Positions 26,173-37,417 of a stretch of 64,000 nucleotides of DNA are shown here, piece by piece. The notes under the pieces were generated by a model. The model did no database searches. It worked only from the letters and a program-made list of their open reading frames with translations, and was not told the origin of the DNA. Numbering within the stretch: the first letter of the stretch is position 1; the number at the start of each line of letters is the position of its first letter. This DNA is from an uncultured bacterium (GTDB lineage Bacteria > Patescibacteriota > Minisyncoccia > Moranbacterales > UBA2206). Made by a program: the position numbers and the translations under genes. The DNA lies in the NCBI GenBank assembly GCA_903937035.1, contig CAIZXS010000012.1, positions 18,314 to 82,313 of the forward strand, read 5' to 3'.

Positions 26173-27144
26173 ATGCACAGCTCGCTTTCCCAAAACATTC
26201 TTGCTACTATTGCATACTACGATGTCCTGGATTATCCCTTGACGGTTTTTGAATTGTGGAAATATTTGATTAGTAATCAGCAAGCAGTAGGTGGTGACGA
26301 GGAAAAAGACAAGGTAGTACTTATAGATATAATCAATGAAATAGAAAACGAAGAGCTGAAAAAGCAAATCGAAACTTTCCGTGGGTATTATTTTTTGCCA
26401 GGGCGCATTAATTTGGTGGCGCAAAGAATTGAGCGCAATAAGATATCTGAAGAAAAGTATGAGATAGTCCAGTGGGTCGTGCAGTTTTTGCGTTTTGTGC
26501 CATATGTGAGAATGATTTTGGTGACTGGTCGGGTGGCAATGAAAAATGCTGACAAAAAAAGTGATCTTGATCTCTTAATTTGTCTGGAAAAAGGAAGAAT
26601 TTTTACTGGTAGAACTTTAGTTACGCTAGCGATTCATCTTTTGGGAAAAAGGCGTTACGGAAAAAAAATTACAAATAGAATTTGTCTTAATTATTTTATT
26701 ACTACTGGATCTTTGGAGATTGAAATGCAAGATCTTTTCGCATCCTCGGAGTATTTTTTTGCTCTTCCCGTGTTTGGTTTTAATGTTTTTGGAGAATTTC
26801 AAAAAGCCAATGGCTGGATTTCTAAATATCATGAAAATTTTAGCTCCACGGAAATTCCAAATCTAAAATTGAAATCTGACAACTATTTTTCAAAGTTAAT
26901 TCGATCTGTTGGTGAGAAATTACTTGGCTTTGATTATCTTGAGCAAAAATTAAAAGTCTGGCAAACTAAAAGAATTGCCTTGGATCCACGTACGAATATG
27001 CCCGGAAGCATGATTGTTGCTGATGACAATTCTTTGGTTTTTTTGCCTGAGCCGCAGGGGCCGAAAGTTTTTGAAGCATTTAAGCTGAGAATGGAAAAAC
27101 TAGAAGAAAAACAGCAGAGATGCCCCGTTAGGACGTCTGCTTGA
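26173..27144 (+). CDS. Nucleotidyltransferase-fold (Pol beta-like minimal NTase) domain protein, hypothetical
   Basis: 'LVTGRVAMKNADKKSDLDLLI' matches the G[SG]-x(9-13)-D[LI]D NTase motif. Start moved to 26173 (MHSSLSQ) to avoid the MITE. Confidence 0.45.
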   Translation: MHSSLSQNILATIAYYDVLDYPLTVFELWKYLISNQQAVGGDEEKDKVVLIDIINEIENEELKKQIETFRGYYFLPGRINLVAQRIERNKISEEKYEIVQWVVQFLRFVPYVRMILVTGRVAMKNADKKSDLDLLICLEKGRIFTGRTLVTLAIHLLGKRRYGKKITNRICLNYFITTGSLEIEMQDLFASSEYFFALPVFGFNVFGEFQKANGWISKYHENFSSTEIPNLKLKSDNYFSKLIRSVGEKLLGFDYLEQKLKVWQTKRIALDPRTNMPGSMIVADDNSLVFLPEPQGPKVFEAFKLRMEKLEEKQQRCPVRTSA

Positions 27145-27177
27145 CTAAGTCTTTCGTTTTTGTCAAAATAGAAGATA

Positions 27178-27204
27178 TTAGCACTCTAGCCTTATGATTG
27201 CTAA
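27178..27204 (+). promoter_or_regulatory. CIRCE element (HrcA operator) TTAGCACTC-N9-GATTGCTAA
   Basis: Left arm identical to consensus TTAGCACTC. Right arm GATTGCTAA has one mismatch to GAGTGCTAA. About 215 bp upstream of groEL. Confidence 0.75.
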
Positions 27205-27207
27205 AAC

Positions 27208-27363
27208 GATATCCTCCTCGCCCTTAGGGAGAGGATGTCACGAGCACGTGACAGGTGAGGGTTCTTGCTAATACGGGGAAGCTGTTGGTTATATTGAAAG
27301 CTTTGGTGTTATTGATAGCACCCTCATCCGCCCTTCGGGCACCTTCTCCCGGAGGGAGAAGAG
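27208..27363. repeat. ~155-nt multi-hairpin repeat element, copy 1 (inverted relative to copy at 48800-48953); candidate structured RNA or MITE
   Basis: Hairpins atcctc..gaggat, gtcacgagcacgtgac, gtgagggt..accctcat, gcccttcgggc and cttctcccggagggagaag. Copy 2 reverse complement aligns with compensatory changes. Confidence 0.6.
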
Positions 27364-27400
27364 AAATTAAATGACAATTTGTTTAATTTATAGAAAATAA

Positions 27401-29098
<1,698 letters not shown>

Positions 29099-29287
29099 AA
29101 ACTAAAAAAGGTAATGGAAAACAATATCAAAACGAGGGGGTATGATTCATTTCATGCCCTTTGTTTTTTGGCTGAAAAAAGTTATCCACAGTTGCTTTCT
29201 TTCCCCCTTCTTGTTTCCCATAAGACATTTAATCGGATTTGTGGTATAATTTAGTTATAAAATACAAAAAAGATAAAAATAAAAAAT

Positions 29288-30250
29288 ATGTGGCTTGTCA
29301 ATGATTTAAATTTGAAAAAGCAGGCGCGTGATTTAGGGGTTAAGCTTTGGCAAACTCCTGGCTTTTTGTTTATCATACTCGGCGTTTTGTCAGTGGTCGT
29401 CATGACCGCTACGTTTTACATTTCCAAAAATTATGATAGTCCGGAGATGCTTGTTGTGGCAGAATGCATCGTTGTCATTGTCATTTTGAGTATCGGAAAT
29501 TTTGTGATAAGTCTTATTGAACAGATGATAAAATTGAATCGGATGAAGAGTGAATTTGTTTCAGTAGCCTCTCATCAACTCCGAACCCCCTTGTCAGCTA
29601 TTAGATGGGAAACAGAGCTGTTACTTTCGAAGTTTAGAAAGGAATCAGTCAGCACGAAGCAACGTCAAAGCATCGAAAATATTAATGCTCTGAGCGGAAA
29701 AATGACTAAATTGGTCAATGATCTTTTGGATGTGGCCAGAATCGATCAGGGAAGGTTGATTATAAAAAAAGTGCCCGTGGACATCGTGGAAATCATCGAG
29801 GAGGCTGTGTCTGGTGCAAATGCCATTATTAGGATTAGAAATATTGAAGTGGTTTTTCGAGATAAGAAAAAAATTCCTTTGGTTTTTGGTGATCCAGAAA
29901 AATTGAGAATGGTTGTTGAAAATCTATTAAATAATTCCATTAAATATACGACTAGTCATGGTAAGATTGAGATAAAATTGCTCAAGAAGGGCGATTTTGT
30001 ATTTTTTAGTGTTAAAGATAACGGTGTGGGCATTCCTCTCGAGCAACATGGTCGTGTTTTTGATAAGTTTTTTCGTAGCGATAACGTTGTTAAATATCAG
30101 ACAGAAGGGACGGGACTTGGGCTATATATCGCCAAAAATATCATTGAGCAATTAAATGGCAAGATTTGGTTTGATTCAGTGGAAAATTTGGGATCAATTT
30201 TTAGTTTCTCTGTTCCTGTGAGTAGGAAAGGTAAGAATTTAATTAAATAA
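29288..30250 (+). CDS. Sensor histidine kinase (two TM helices, HisKA + HATPase_c)
   Basis: H-box 'SHQLRTPLSAIRWETELL'. N/G boxes 'NLLNNSIKYT', 'DNGVGIP' and 'GTGLGLYIAKNIIEQLNGKIW'. Confidence 0.85.
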   Translation: MWLVNDLNLKKQARDLGVKLWQTPGFLFIILGVLSVVVMTATFYISKNYDSPEMLVVAECIVVIVILSIGNFVISLIEQMIKLNRMKSEFVSVASHQLRTPLSAIRWETELLLSKFRKESVSTKQRQSIENINALSGKMTKLVNDLLDVARIDQGRLIIKKVPVDIVEIIEEAVSGANAIIRIRNIEVVFRDKKKIPLVFGDPEKLRMVVENLLNNSIKYTTSHGKIEIKLLKKGDFVFFSVKDNGVGIPLEQHGRVFDKFFRSDNVVKYQTEGTGLGLYIAKNIIEQLNGKIWFDSVENLGSIFSFSVPVSRKGKNLIK

Positions 30251-30317
30251 AAGAGCTCATGTATTTTCTGAAATAAATTTTTTTCAAAGATTTATGATGG
30301 TGAATATGCAAGCTTAA

Positions 30318-30704
30318 ATGAATAAATATATGACAAAAATATTAATTGCAGAGGATGAGCCAACATTACATAGAGCCTTGGCGGAGTTTTTGACTGAAGA
30401 AGGTTTTGAGACTATAAGTGCATTTGATGGTGAGGAGGCTGTTACTTTGGCTAAATCGAAAAAACCAGATCTAATTCTTTTGGACATTATTCTTCCCAAA
30501 AAGGATGGATATGAGGTTTTAGATGAACTCAAAAGTGATGAAAAAATACAAAAAGTGCCGATTGTGTTACTGACCAATCTTGAAAGCGCTGAGAATATTC
30601 AAAAAGCCTTCGATAAAGGCGCAACTACATATTTAGTTAAATCAAATTACAAACTGGAGGATGTTGTTAAAAAAATAAAAGAAGTTTTGGAAAATAATAA
30701 ATAG
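30318..30704 (+). CDS. Stand-alone CheY-like response-regulator receiver domain protein
   Basis: 'KILIAEDEPTL...PDLILLDIILPKKDGYEVL...PIVLLTNL...KAFDKGATTYLVK'. No output domain. Confidence 0.85.
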   Translation: MNKYMTKILIAEDEPTLHRALAEFLTEEGFETISAFDGEEAVTLAKSKKPDLILLDIILPKKDGYEVLDELKSDEKIQKVPIVLLTNLESAENIQKAFDKGATTYLVKSNYKLEDVVKKIKEVLENNK

Positions 30705-30711
30705 AAATTGC

Positions 30712-32457
30712 ATGCGGATAGGAAATGAACAACTAAAAAACTTCATTAAAGATTCGGAAATGATTTCCGATGAGAATCTTAAGCTTGCCTTCGAAGAGGC
30801 TGAGGAAAATAAAAAGGCACTAGGGGACGTGCTACTTGCAAAGAAATTTATTGATGAAGAAAAATTGCGCAAATTATATGCCTATATCTTAGGCATTCCT
30901 TTTGTAGACTTGCAGAAGGAAACAATCGCCACGGAAATTCTCCAGATGATTCCTGAGCCGATTGCCAAGAAATATAAGATTGTGGCGTTCGAGAAAAATG
31001 GTGCAGAACTTAAGATTGCAATGCTTAATCCGGAAGATATTCAAACCGTTGATTTCATTAGAAAAAAAACCGGACTGCGAATCGTCACTTGCATTACTTC
31101 GCAAGAGAGTATTGAAGCAATTTTAAAACAGTATGGAAAGAGTTTGCGCGCAGAATTTGGCGATATGATTGATAAAAATTCTGCTGAAGTGCCAAATGGT
31201 GAGACGACAGATGATCTCGAAGAGATCGCGCAGGGATTGCCGATTATTCGTATCGTTGATACCTTGGTAAAACATGCCATCCTTCAGGGCGCATCAGATA
31301 TCCATATTGAGCCCGATGAGAAGGAGGTGCGAGTGAGGTATCGGATTGATGGAATGCTTCATGAAGCGATGACCCTGCCTAAGCAAGTGCGCGATGGGAT
31401 TATTGCTAGAATTAAAGTGCTATCTAATTTGAAGTTGGATGAGCATCGCATTCCTCAGGACGGTCGATTTAAGATTGAAAGGGATGAGGTGAAGATGTCT
31501 TTTCGCGTTAGTGTGCTACCAATTTTTGACGGAGAAAAAATTGTAATGCGACTTCTTGATGAATCCTCAAAAGGATTAACACTGGAAATGATGGGTCTTA
31601 CTGGCAAGGCACTTGAAGCGATTCATACGGAAATAAAAAAACCAAATGGAATGATTTTGGTAACCGGACCAACAGGTAGCGGAAAAACGACGACACTCTA
31701 TACCATCATGGATATTCTCAATACGGTTGACGTTAACATTAGTACAGTGGAAGACCCAGTGGAGTATCGAATGCCTCGAGTGAACCAAACGCAAATTCAT
31801 CCCAAAGTGGGGCTGACTTTTGCGGCCGGCCTGAGAGCTCTTCTTCGTCAAGATCCAGACATTATAATGGTGGGGGAGATTCGTGATAACGAAACAATGG
31901 AAATGGCTATTCATGCTGCTATGACAGGGCATTTAGTACTTTCAACTTTACACACGAATAGTGCTGCTGGGACACTCCCACGCTTACTCGACATGGGAGC
32001 GGAACCCTTCTTAGTTGCTTCCACTGCAAATGTGATTATTGCCCAGCGTTTGGTGCGAAAAGTTTGCCATGATTGTTGCGTGGAATACAAGTTAAATGAT
32101 AAGGAGATGGATGTTTTGTCGAATAATTATGAAATGGAAAAAATACTGGAGGTCATAAAGAGAAGTGATATTTTGGGCGGTACCTTGAAAGCAAAAGATA
32201 AATGGAAGGATGTAAAACTATTCAAAGCCAAGGGATGCGAACAGTGTATGGGAGGCTATAGAGGGCGTAATGGAATCTATGAGGTCTTGGAGATAGATGA
32301 GGAAATTCGAAAGATGATTTCGCAGCGGGCATCCTCTCACGATATTGAAACTAAGGCGCGAGAAAAGGGAATGTTAACGATGATTGAAGATGGTTTTGCG
32401 AAATGCATTCAAGGATTGACAACCGTAGAGGAAATATTAAGAGTAACAAAAGAATAG
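30712..32457 (+). CDS. pilB: Type IV pilus assembly ATPase PilB/GspE family
   Basis: Walker A 'GPTGSGKTTTLYT', 'DPVEYRM', 'LRQDPDIIMVGEIRD', 'TGHLVLSTLHTN', plus N-terminal GspE_N-like domain. Confidence 0.92.
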   Translation: MRIGNEQLKNFIKDSEMISDENLKLAFEEAEENKKALGDVLLAKKFIDEEKLRKLYAYILGIPFVDLQKETIATEILQMIPEPIAKKYKIVAFEKNGAELKIAMLNPEDIQTVDFIRKKTGLRIVTCITSQESIEAILKQYGKSLRAEFGDMIDKNSAEVPNGETTDDLEEIAQGLPIIRIVDTLVKHAILQGASDIHIEPDEKEVRVRYRIDGMLHEAMTLPKQVRDGIIARIKVLSNLKLDEHRIPQDGRFKIERDEVKMSFRVSVLPIFDGEKIVMRLLDESSKGLTLEMMGLTGKALEAIHTEIKKPNGMILVTGPTGSGKTTTLYTIMDILNTVDVNISTVEDPVEYRMPRVNQTQIHPKVGLTFAAGLRALLRQDPDIIMVGEIRDNETMEMAIHAAMTGHLVLSTLHTNSAAGTLPRLLDMGAEPFLVASTANVIIAQRLVRKVCHDCCVEYKLNDKEMDVLSNNYEMEKILEVIKRSDILGGTLKAKDKWKDVKLFKAKGCEQCMGGYRGRNGIYEVLEIDEEIRKMISQRASSHDIETKAREKGMLTMIEDGFAKCIQGLTTVEEILRVTKE

Positions 32458-32461
32458 TCTT

Positions 32462-33682
32462 ATGAAAGTTTTCTATAGCGCTAAAAATTATTCCGGCGAG
32501 ACCAAGGCGGAAGAAATAGACGTGAAAAATGAAAGAGATTTGGCCAATCAGCTTCGGGCTGATGGTTATATTTTGACGTCTTTCAAGGAGCTCAAAGAAG
32601 AAAAGAAAAATGATGTTAGTGTAAAGTTTATGGATCGTTTTTTTAGTATTTCGCTGAAAGATAAATTGATGTTCACTCGTAATTTGAGCGTGATGATATC
32701 CTCCGGACTACCAATTTCCAAATCGGTTAGTAATATTTCCGTGCAGACGAAAAATAAGAAGTTTCAGCAAATTTTAGTTAGTATTTTTGATGACATTCAA
32801 TCAGGCACGACTTTTGCTGACGGGTTAGCTCATTATCCTGGTGTTTTTGGTGATCTATTTGTGAACATGGTCAGAGTCGGGGAATCAAGTGGAAATTTGG
32901 AGGAAATCTTAGAAATTCTTTCTATTCAGCTTGAAAAAGAGCATGACCTAACAAGCAAGATCAAAGGTGCGATGACTTATCCCGCGGTGATTATTGTGGC
33001 CATGATTGGTATCGCGGTTTTAATGTTAACCTATATTTTACCGAAAATGATGGGGGTTTTTGCTGATATGAAAGTTGATTTGCCAGCATCGACGCAGTTT
33101 ATTATTAGTTTGAGCAATGCTCTGAGAGATCATTATATCATAGTGGCCATTGGGTTCGCCTCGTTCATTTTAGCGATTAGATATCTATTGACGATGGAAA
33201 GTGGGAAAAGAATATTGGGTTTTATCTTGATCAATATTCCTGTAATCAAAAATATGGTAATAAAAGTAAACTGCGCCAGATTTGCGAGAATTTATAGCTC
33301 ACTTCTTCGTAGCGGAGTTCCGGTTGTGCAGGCATTGACAATCATCTCTAACACGCTGACAAATTATTATTACAAAAAAGCCGCTATGGATGGCATCGAA
33401 GATGTGCAAAAAGGAGTTAGTCTTAGCAAAGTGATTGAAAAAAATCCGAAAGTATTTCCCGTTCTCATGGCTCAAATGGCGCAGGTTGGCGAGGAGACTG
33501 GAAAAACAGAGACAGTCCTTTTGAAGTTGGCCGAGTTCTATGAAGATGAAGTAGATCAGATTTCTAAGAATATGTCTTCCATTATTGAGCCGGTGCTTAT
33601 GATTTTTATTGGCGGAGCGGTGGGATTTTTTGCCATTTCGATGCTTCAGCCGATGTATAGTCTTATGGATAACATAAAATAA
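32462..33682 (+). CDS. pilC: Type IV pilus inner-membrane platform protein PilC/GspF family
   Basis: Two GspF repeats ('MISSGLPISKSV...', 'LLRSGVPVVQALTIISNT') and three TM segments. Confidence 0.88.
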   Translation: MKVFYSAKNYSGETKAEEIDVKNERDLANQLRADGYILTSFKELKEEKKNDVSVKFMDRFFSISLKDKLMFTRNLSVMISSGLPISKSVSNISVQTKNKKFQQILVSIFDDIQSGTTFADGLAHYPGVFGDLFVNMVRVGESSGNLEEILEILSIQLEKEHDLTSKIKGAMTYPAVIIVAMIGIAVLMLTYILPKMMGVFADMKVDLPASTQFIISLSNALRDHYIIVAIGFASFILAIRYLLTMESGKRILGFILINIPVIKNMVIKVNCARFARIYSSLLRSGVPVVQALTIISNTLTNYYYKKAAMDGIEDVQKGVSLSKVIEKNPKVFPVLMAQMAQVGEETGKTETVLLKLAEFYEDEVDQISKNMSSIIEPVLMIFIGGAVGFFAISMLQPMYSLMDNIK

Positions 33683-33731
33683 GGGTGATTTTTTTGATAG
33701 ATTTGGAGTGGGAATAGCTATGTCGTGAAGT

Positions 33732-35126
33732 ATGAAAAAACAAATACAAAAATATTGCCTTAATGGGCAGACAAAAAAAGGATTCTTGCTAATTGAGGGC
33801 TTGACGGTGCTTTTTATTTTTGCCTTGGTTACCGTAACATTCTATTCCGTTTTTAGTATTGGAATCCGCTATATTCAAGATGCAAAGAATCGGCTTGGTG
33901 CTCTTGCGATTGCCAATGAGAAGATTGAAATTATTCGCAATCTTCAATATGACAGTATCGGTACGGATGAGGGAGCCATAGAGGGTGACATTCCACAAGA
34001 TCAAGATGTCCTGGAAAATACGCGTCAGTATCATATTCATACCGATGTGTCATATATTGATGATCCTTACGATGGGTTGGCCTATTCTGACACTGCTTGG
34101 TTCGAGGACTATAAGAGGGTGACTATCACCGTTTCTTGGATTAATGGAGGAGGAATGGAAGAAGTTGAGCTGATATCTCGGTTTGTTCCACCAGGGAAAG
34201 AGGTGCCTCATATCGGAGATGGAATCCTTTCGATAAATATTTTTAGTGATCAGCCTGGTGGCGTTGGCATCCCTAGCTCCAGGGTGGATATTTATAACCC
34301 AGATACTGGAATCGATACGTTTGGTACGACGGATAGTACGGGAAATGTGACTTTTATGGGCAGTCGCGTGTCTGACTCAATCCAAAAATATCAACTTACT
34401 GTAACGAAAAATGGCTATGAAACCGTTCACACGATGTCGCCCTATCCTACGACAGCCTATGAGCCGATTGATGTGCATGCTTCAGTGGTGACCGGATCAA
34501 TGAATGTGAAAAATCTTGTGCAAAATGAATTGGCAAGTATTAAGATTTCTTCCGTCAATCATTTAGATGAGCCTATTGCTGGTGTGTCTTTTGACCTTGT
34601 TGGCGGAAGAAGATTGGGCACAGATATAACAACTTTGCCCGTTACCCCGATTTACAATTTTAATGAAAATGGCACAACTGATTCCGCGGGAGAAAAATTA
34701 TACAGCTCGATTAGTCCTGGGGAGTATACTTTTGCTTTAACTGGTTCAGCGCTCAGTGATTATGAGATAATTAGCATGAATCCACCAACTCCATTTTCTT
34801 TACTATCGTCTGATGGAACGTTGAATGTTAGTTTGAAACTAGCGGATAAAGACGTTACTTCATTTCTTATCACCGTTCTGGATGTGAGTAATGATGCTCC
34901 TATCGCCGGAGCCAAGGTGAAATTAACGAACTCTAGTTTGAATTATGAAAAGGAATTAGATGCTGCGGGTGATGGAAGAGTTTTTTTCCCAGATTCTTCC
35001 GACCCTCTTTTGCCGGAAACATATCATGTCAAAATTACGGCAAGCGAATTTTCTGATAGTGAATTTGATATTACAATCAATGCCAATGAATTGAAATTGG
35101 AAACTAAAAAATTAACCGCTTCATAA
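33732..35126 (+). CDS. Large prepilin-type protein (class III signal 'KKGFLLIEGL') with three transthyretin/carboxypeptidase-regulatory-like beta-sandwich domains; putative pilus tip adhesin
   Basis: 'G|FLLIEGLTVLFIFALV' prepilin cleavage motif. Repeated 'V.I.N.DTG....G.TDS.GNVTF...' CarbopepD_reg-like segments. Confidence 0.7.
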   Translation: MKKQIQKYCLNGQTKKGFLLIEGLTVLFIFALVTVTFYSVFSIGIRYIQDAKNRLGALAIANEKIEIIRNLQYDSIGTDEGAIEGDIPQDQDVLENTRQYHIHTDVSYIDDPYDGLAYSDTAWFEDYKRVTITVSWINGGGMEEVELISRFVPPGKEVPHIGDGILSINIFSDQPGGVGIPSSRVDIYNPDTGIDTFGTTDSTGNVTFMGSRVSDSIQKYQLTVTKNGYETVHTMSPYPTTAYEPIDVHASVVTGSMNVKNLVQNELASIKISSVNHLDEPIAGVSFDLVGGRRLGTDITTLPVTPIYNFNENGTTDSAGEKLYSSISPGEYTFALTGSALSDYEIISMNPPTPFSLLSSDGTLNVSLKLADKDVTSFLITVLDVSNDAPIAGAKVKLTNSSLNYEKELDAAGDGRVFFPDSSDPLLPETYHVKITASEFSDSEFDITINANELKLETKKLTAS

Positions 35127-35822
35127 ATGAACTCTGAAAATACATTATTAAAAAAGCAAGAAAGCCTATCTTTTTCTGAGAATATCGCTCCACGCGTATC
35201 TGTTGGACGCCGAGGCTTAACTTTAATTGAAACGCTTATGGCGATTGCTATTTTTGCTGTTGGAATTGAAGGTTTTAGTTTGCTTTTTATGCGTGCCTGG
35301 AAGAATAACTCCTACACATTAGAAATGGGACAATCTTCCATGGCTGTTTCACGGGGAGTAAATACTCTCGTGGGCTATTTAAGGAGTGCTAGGCAATCAG
35401 ATAATGGATCATATCCAATTATATCGGCAAATGATAATGATTTAGTTATTTATTCTGACTACAATCGCGATGGAATAACGGAACGACTGCATATTTATAA
35501 GAGTAATCAAAATATTTTAATGGGCGTGACAAATCCAACGACATCCATGCCCAAGACCTATCCTACGGCTGATCAAGAAGTAAAAACTATTGCTGTCCGA
35601 ATTGTTAATACAAATTCCGAGCCGATTTTTTATTACTACGATAAAGATTATGCCGGGGGAACAACTCAGCTTCCGCTTGAAACACCGGCTGCTGTTGCTG
35701 ATATACGTCTTTTAAAAATTCATCTCAAAATAAATATTGATCCAAATCGTGCTCCCGATAATATCGAAATGCAAACATACGTGGAACTGCGGAATTTAAA
35801 TGATTATGACAGAATCCACTAA
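35127..35822 (+). CDS. Prepilin-type N-terminal cleavage/methylation domain protein (pilin/pseudopilin)
   Basis: 'RRGLTLIETLMAIAIFAVGI' canonical G|LTLIE + hydrophobic helix. Confidence 0.75.
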   Translation: MNSENTLLKKQESLSFSENIAPRVSVGRRGLTLIETLMAIAIFAVGIEGFSLLFMRAWKNNSYTLEMGQSSMAVSRGVNTLVGYLRSARQSDNGSYPIISANDNDLVIYSDYNRDGITERLHIYKSNQNILMGVTNPTTSMPKTYPTADQEVKTIAVRIVNTNSEPIFYYYDKDYAGGTTQLPLETPAAVADIRLLKIHLKINIDPNRAPDNIEMQTYVELRNLNDYDRIH

Positions 35823-35844
35823 TTGAATAATAAAGCTATATTAA

Positions 35845-37389
35845 ATGAAGCAATATAAACTTATTACGATTAATAAAAAAAATAGTGGCTCTGTTTTGGC
35901 ATATGCGCTGGTTATTATGTCAATTGTCACGATGATCTTGGTTTCCATGTTGGGTTATATTTCATCTCAGCTTAAATTTAGTTTCAATCGTGTTGAGAAA
36001 GAAAGATCTTTTCAGATTGCAGAAGCGGGAATTTACTATTATCGATGGTATCTTGCGCATGAGACTTCCGGAAAGACTGCCCTGGAGATTAACACTTTTT
36101 TGCAAACTGGAGGACCAATGGGTTTTGCTCCTTCTCCAGTGGAGTATGAAGACAGTGGACAATATCAGATCGTAGTTACTCCACCAGTCGCTGGATCGAC
36201 AATAATTAATGTTGAGTCGACTGGTTGGTCTGACAAGGTGCCTGATATGAAAAGAACAGTAAGGGTGAGATTCCGGCGTCCATCATGGAGTGAGTATATT
36301 TTTTTGTCTAATAGTTTCATGAACTTTGGAGATCAGGCAGTAGTATATGGGAAAGTTCACTCGAATAATGGAATCCGTTTTGATGGTGTAGCGTATAATA
36401 CTGTCAGCTCTTTACTTCCTCGATTTGACGATCCGACCTATGGAGGCAATAGAATGGAATTTGGCGTGCATACCACAACGAATCCTGCTGATCCTAGTGC
36501 TCCTACTTACCCTTGGGCTAGCGGAACTGTTCCTGATCGGTCAGATGTTTTCAAGGGCGGACGGGCATTTCCTGTTTCTGAAGTTAGTTTCACAGGCGTT
36601 ACAACTGATTTAGCGAATATGCGGACAAAAGCCCAGGCAGGGCAGGGTAGGTATTTTGATAATGCCGGCGGAGGTAGAAGATTAAATCTTAAAACTGATG
36701 GAACCTATGACATTTGTACTATCAATTCATACAATAACAATACAAAGGCGATTAGCGACTATCTAGGAGTAATTACGGGAGCTACAGGGACTTATAGCGG
36801 AACCAATGGAAATAGTTGCACAGTTTCATCGTGCTGCTTAGGGAGTTCATGTCCATATATTCAAGCAAGTAGAACTAGCAGGGGAAGATGTGTTAGTCTT
36901 TCTAATTATAGTATTATCAATGACGGGGTAATTTTTGTGGAAAATACCGTTTGGATTGAAGGGGCTATTAACAATAATCGGGTGACGGTTGTCGCTGCAA
37001 ATCTTTCTGGCTCGGGTAGTCAGCGCGATATTTATATAGGGATTAGCAATAATAATTTGCGTTATGCAGCCTATAATTGTGCTAATATGCTTGGACTTGT
37101 AGCGCAAAGAGATGTTCTCGTACTTAATGATTGCCCATCTAACTTTATTGTTGATGCGGCGCTTTTGGCGCAAGGAGGTATGGTGGGAATTAACGACAAT
37201 GGTTTTAGCGGAAAAGATTCCCTGACCTTTAATGGTGCAATCGCATCCTATTTGCAGCCATATTTTCAACATGGAAATAGTGGTTTTGCAGATCGTGTCT
37301 ATAATTTTGATAATAATTTGCTTTATTGCCCACCACCATATTTCCCAACCGGCACGGAATACGCGATTGATCTTTGGGAGGAGTTATGA
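35845..37389 (+). CDS. PilX-N-like minor pilin/pilus-associated protein (514 aa)
   Basis: N-terminal 'NSGSVLAYALVIMSIVTMILVSMLGY' resembles PilX_N hydrophobic segment. Large Gly/Ser/Asn-rich beta-rich body. Located inside the pil cluster. Confidence 0.5.
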   Translation: MKQYKLITINKKNSGSVLAYALVIMSIVTMILVSMLGYISSQLKFSFNRVEKERSFQIAEAGIYYYRWYLAHETSGKTALEINTFLQTGGPMGFAPSPVEYEDSGQYQIVVTPPVAGSTIINVESTGWSDKVPDMKRTVRVRFRRPSWSEYIFLSNSFMNFGDQAVVYGKVHSNNGIRFDGVAYNTVSSLLPRFDDPTYGGNRMEFGVHTTTNPADPSAPTYPWASGTVPDRSDVFKGGRAFPVSEVSFTGVTTDLANMRTKAQAGQGRYFDNAGGGRRLNLKTDGTYDICTINSYNNNTKAISDYLGVITGATGTYSGTNGNSCTVSSCCLGSSCPYIQASRTSRGRCVSLSNYSIINDGVIFVENTVWIEGAINNNRVTVVAANLSGSGSQRDIYIGISNNNLRYAAYNCANMLGLVAQRDVLVLNDCPSNFIVDAALLAQGGMVGINDNGFSGKDSLTFNGAIASYLQPYFQHGNSGFADRVYNFDNNLLYCPPPYFPTGTEYAIDLWEEL

Positions 37390-37417
37390 GATAGAAAAAG
37401 TATGCTATAATTAAATT

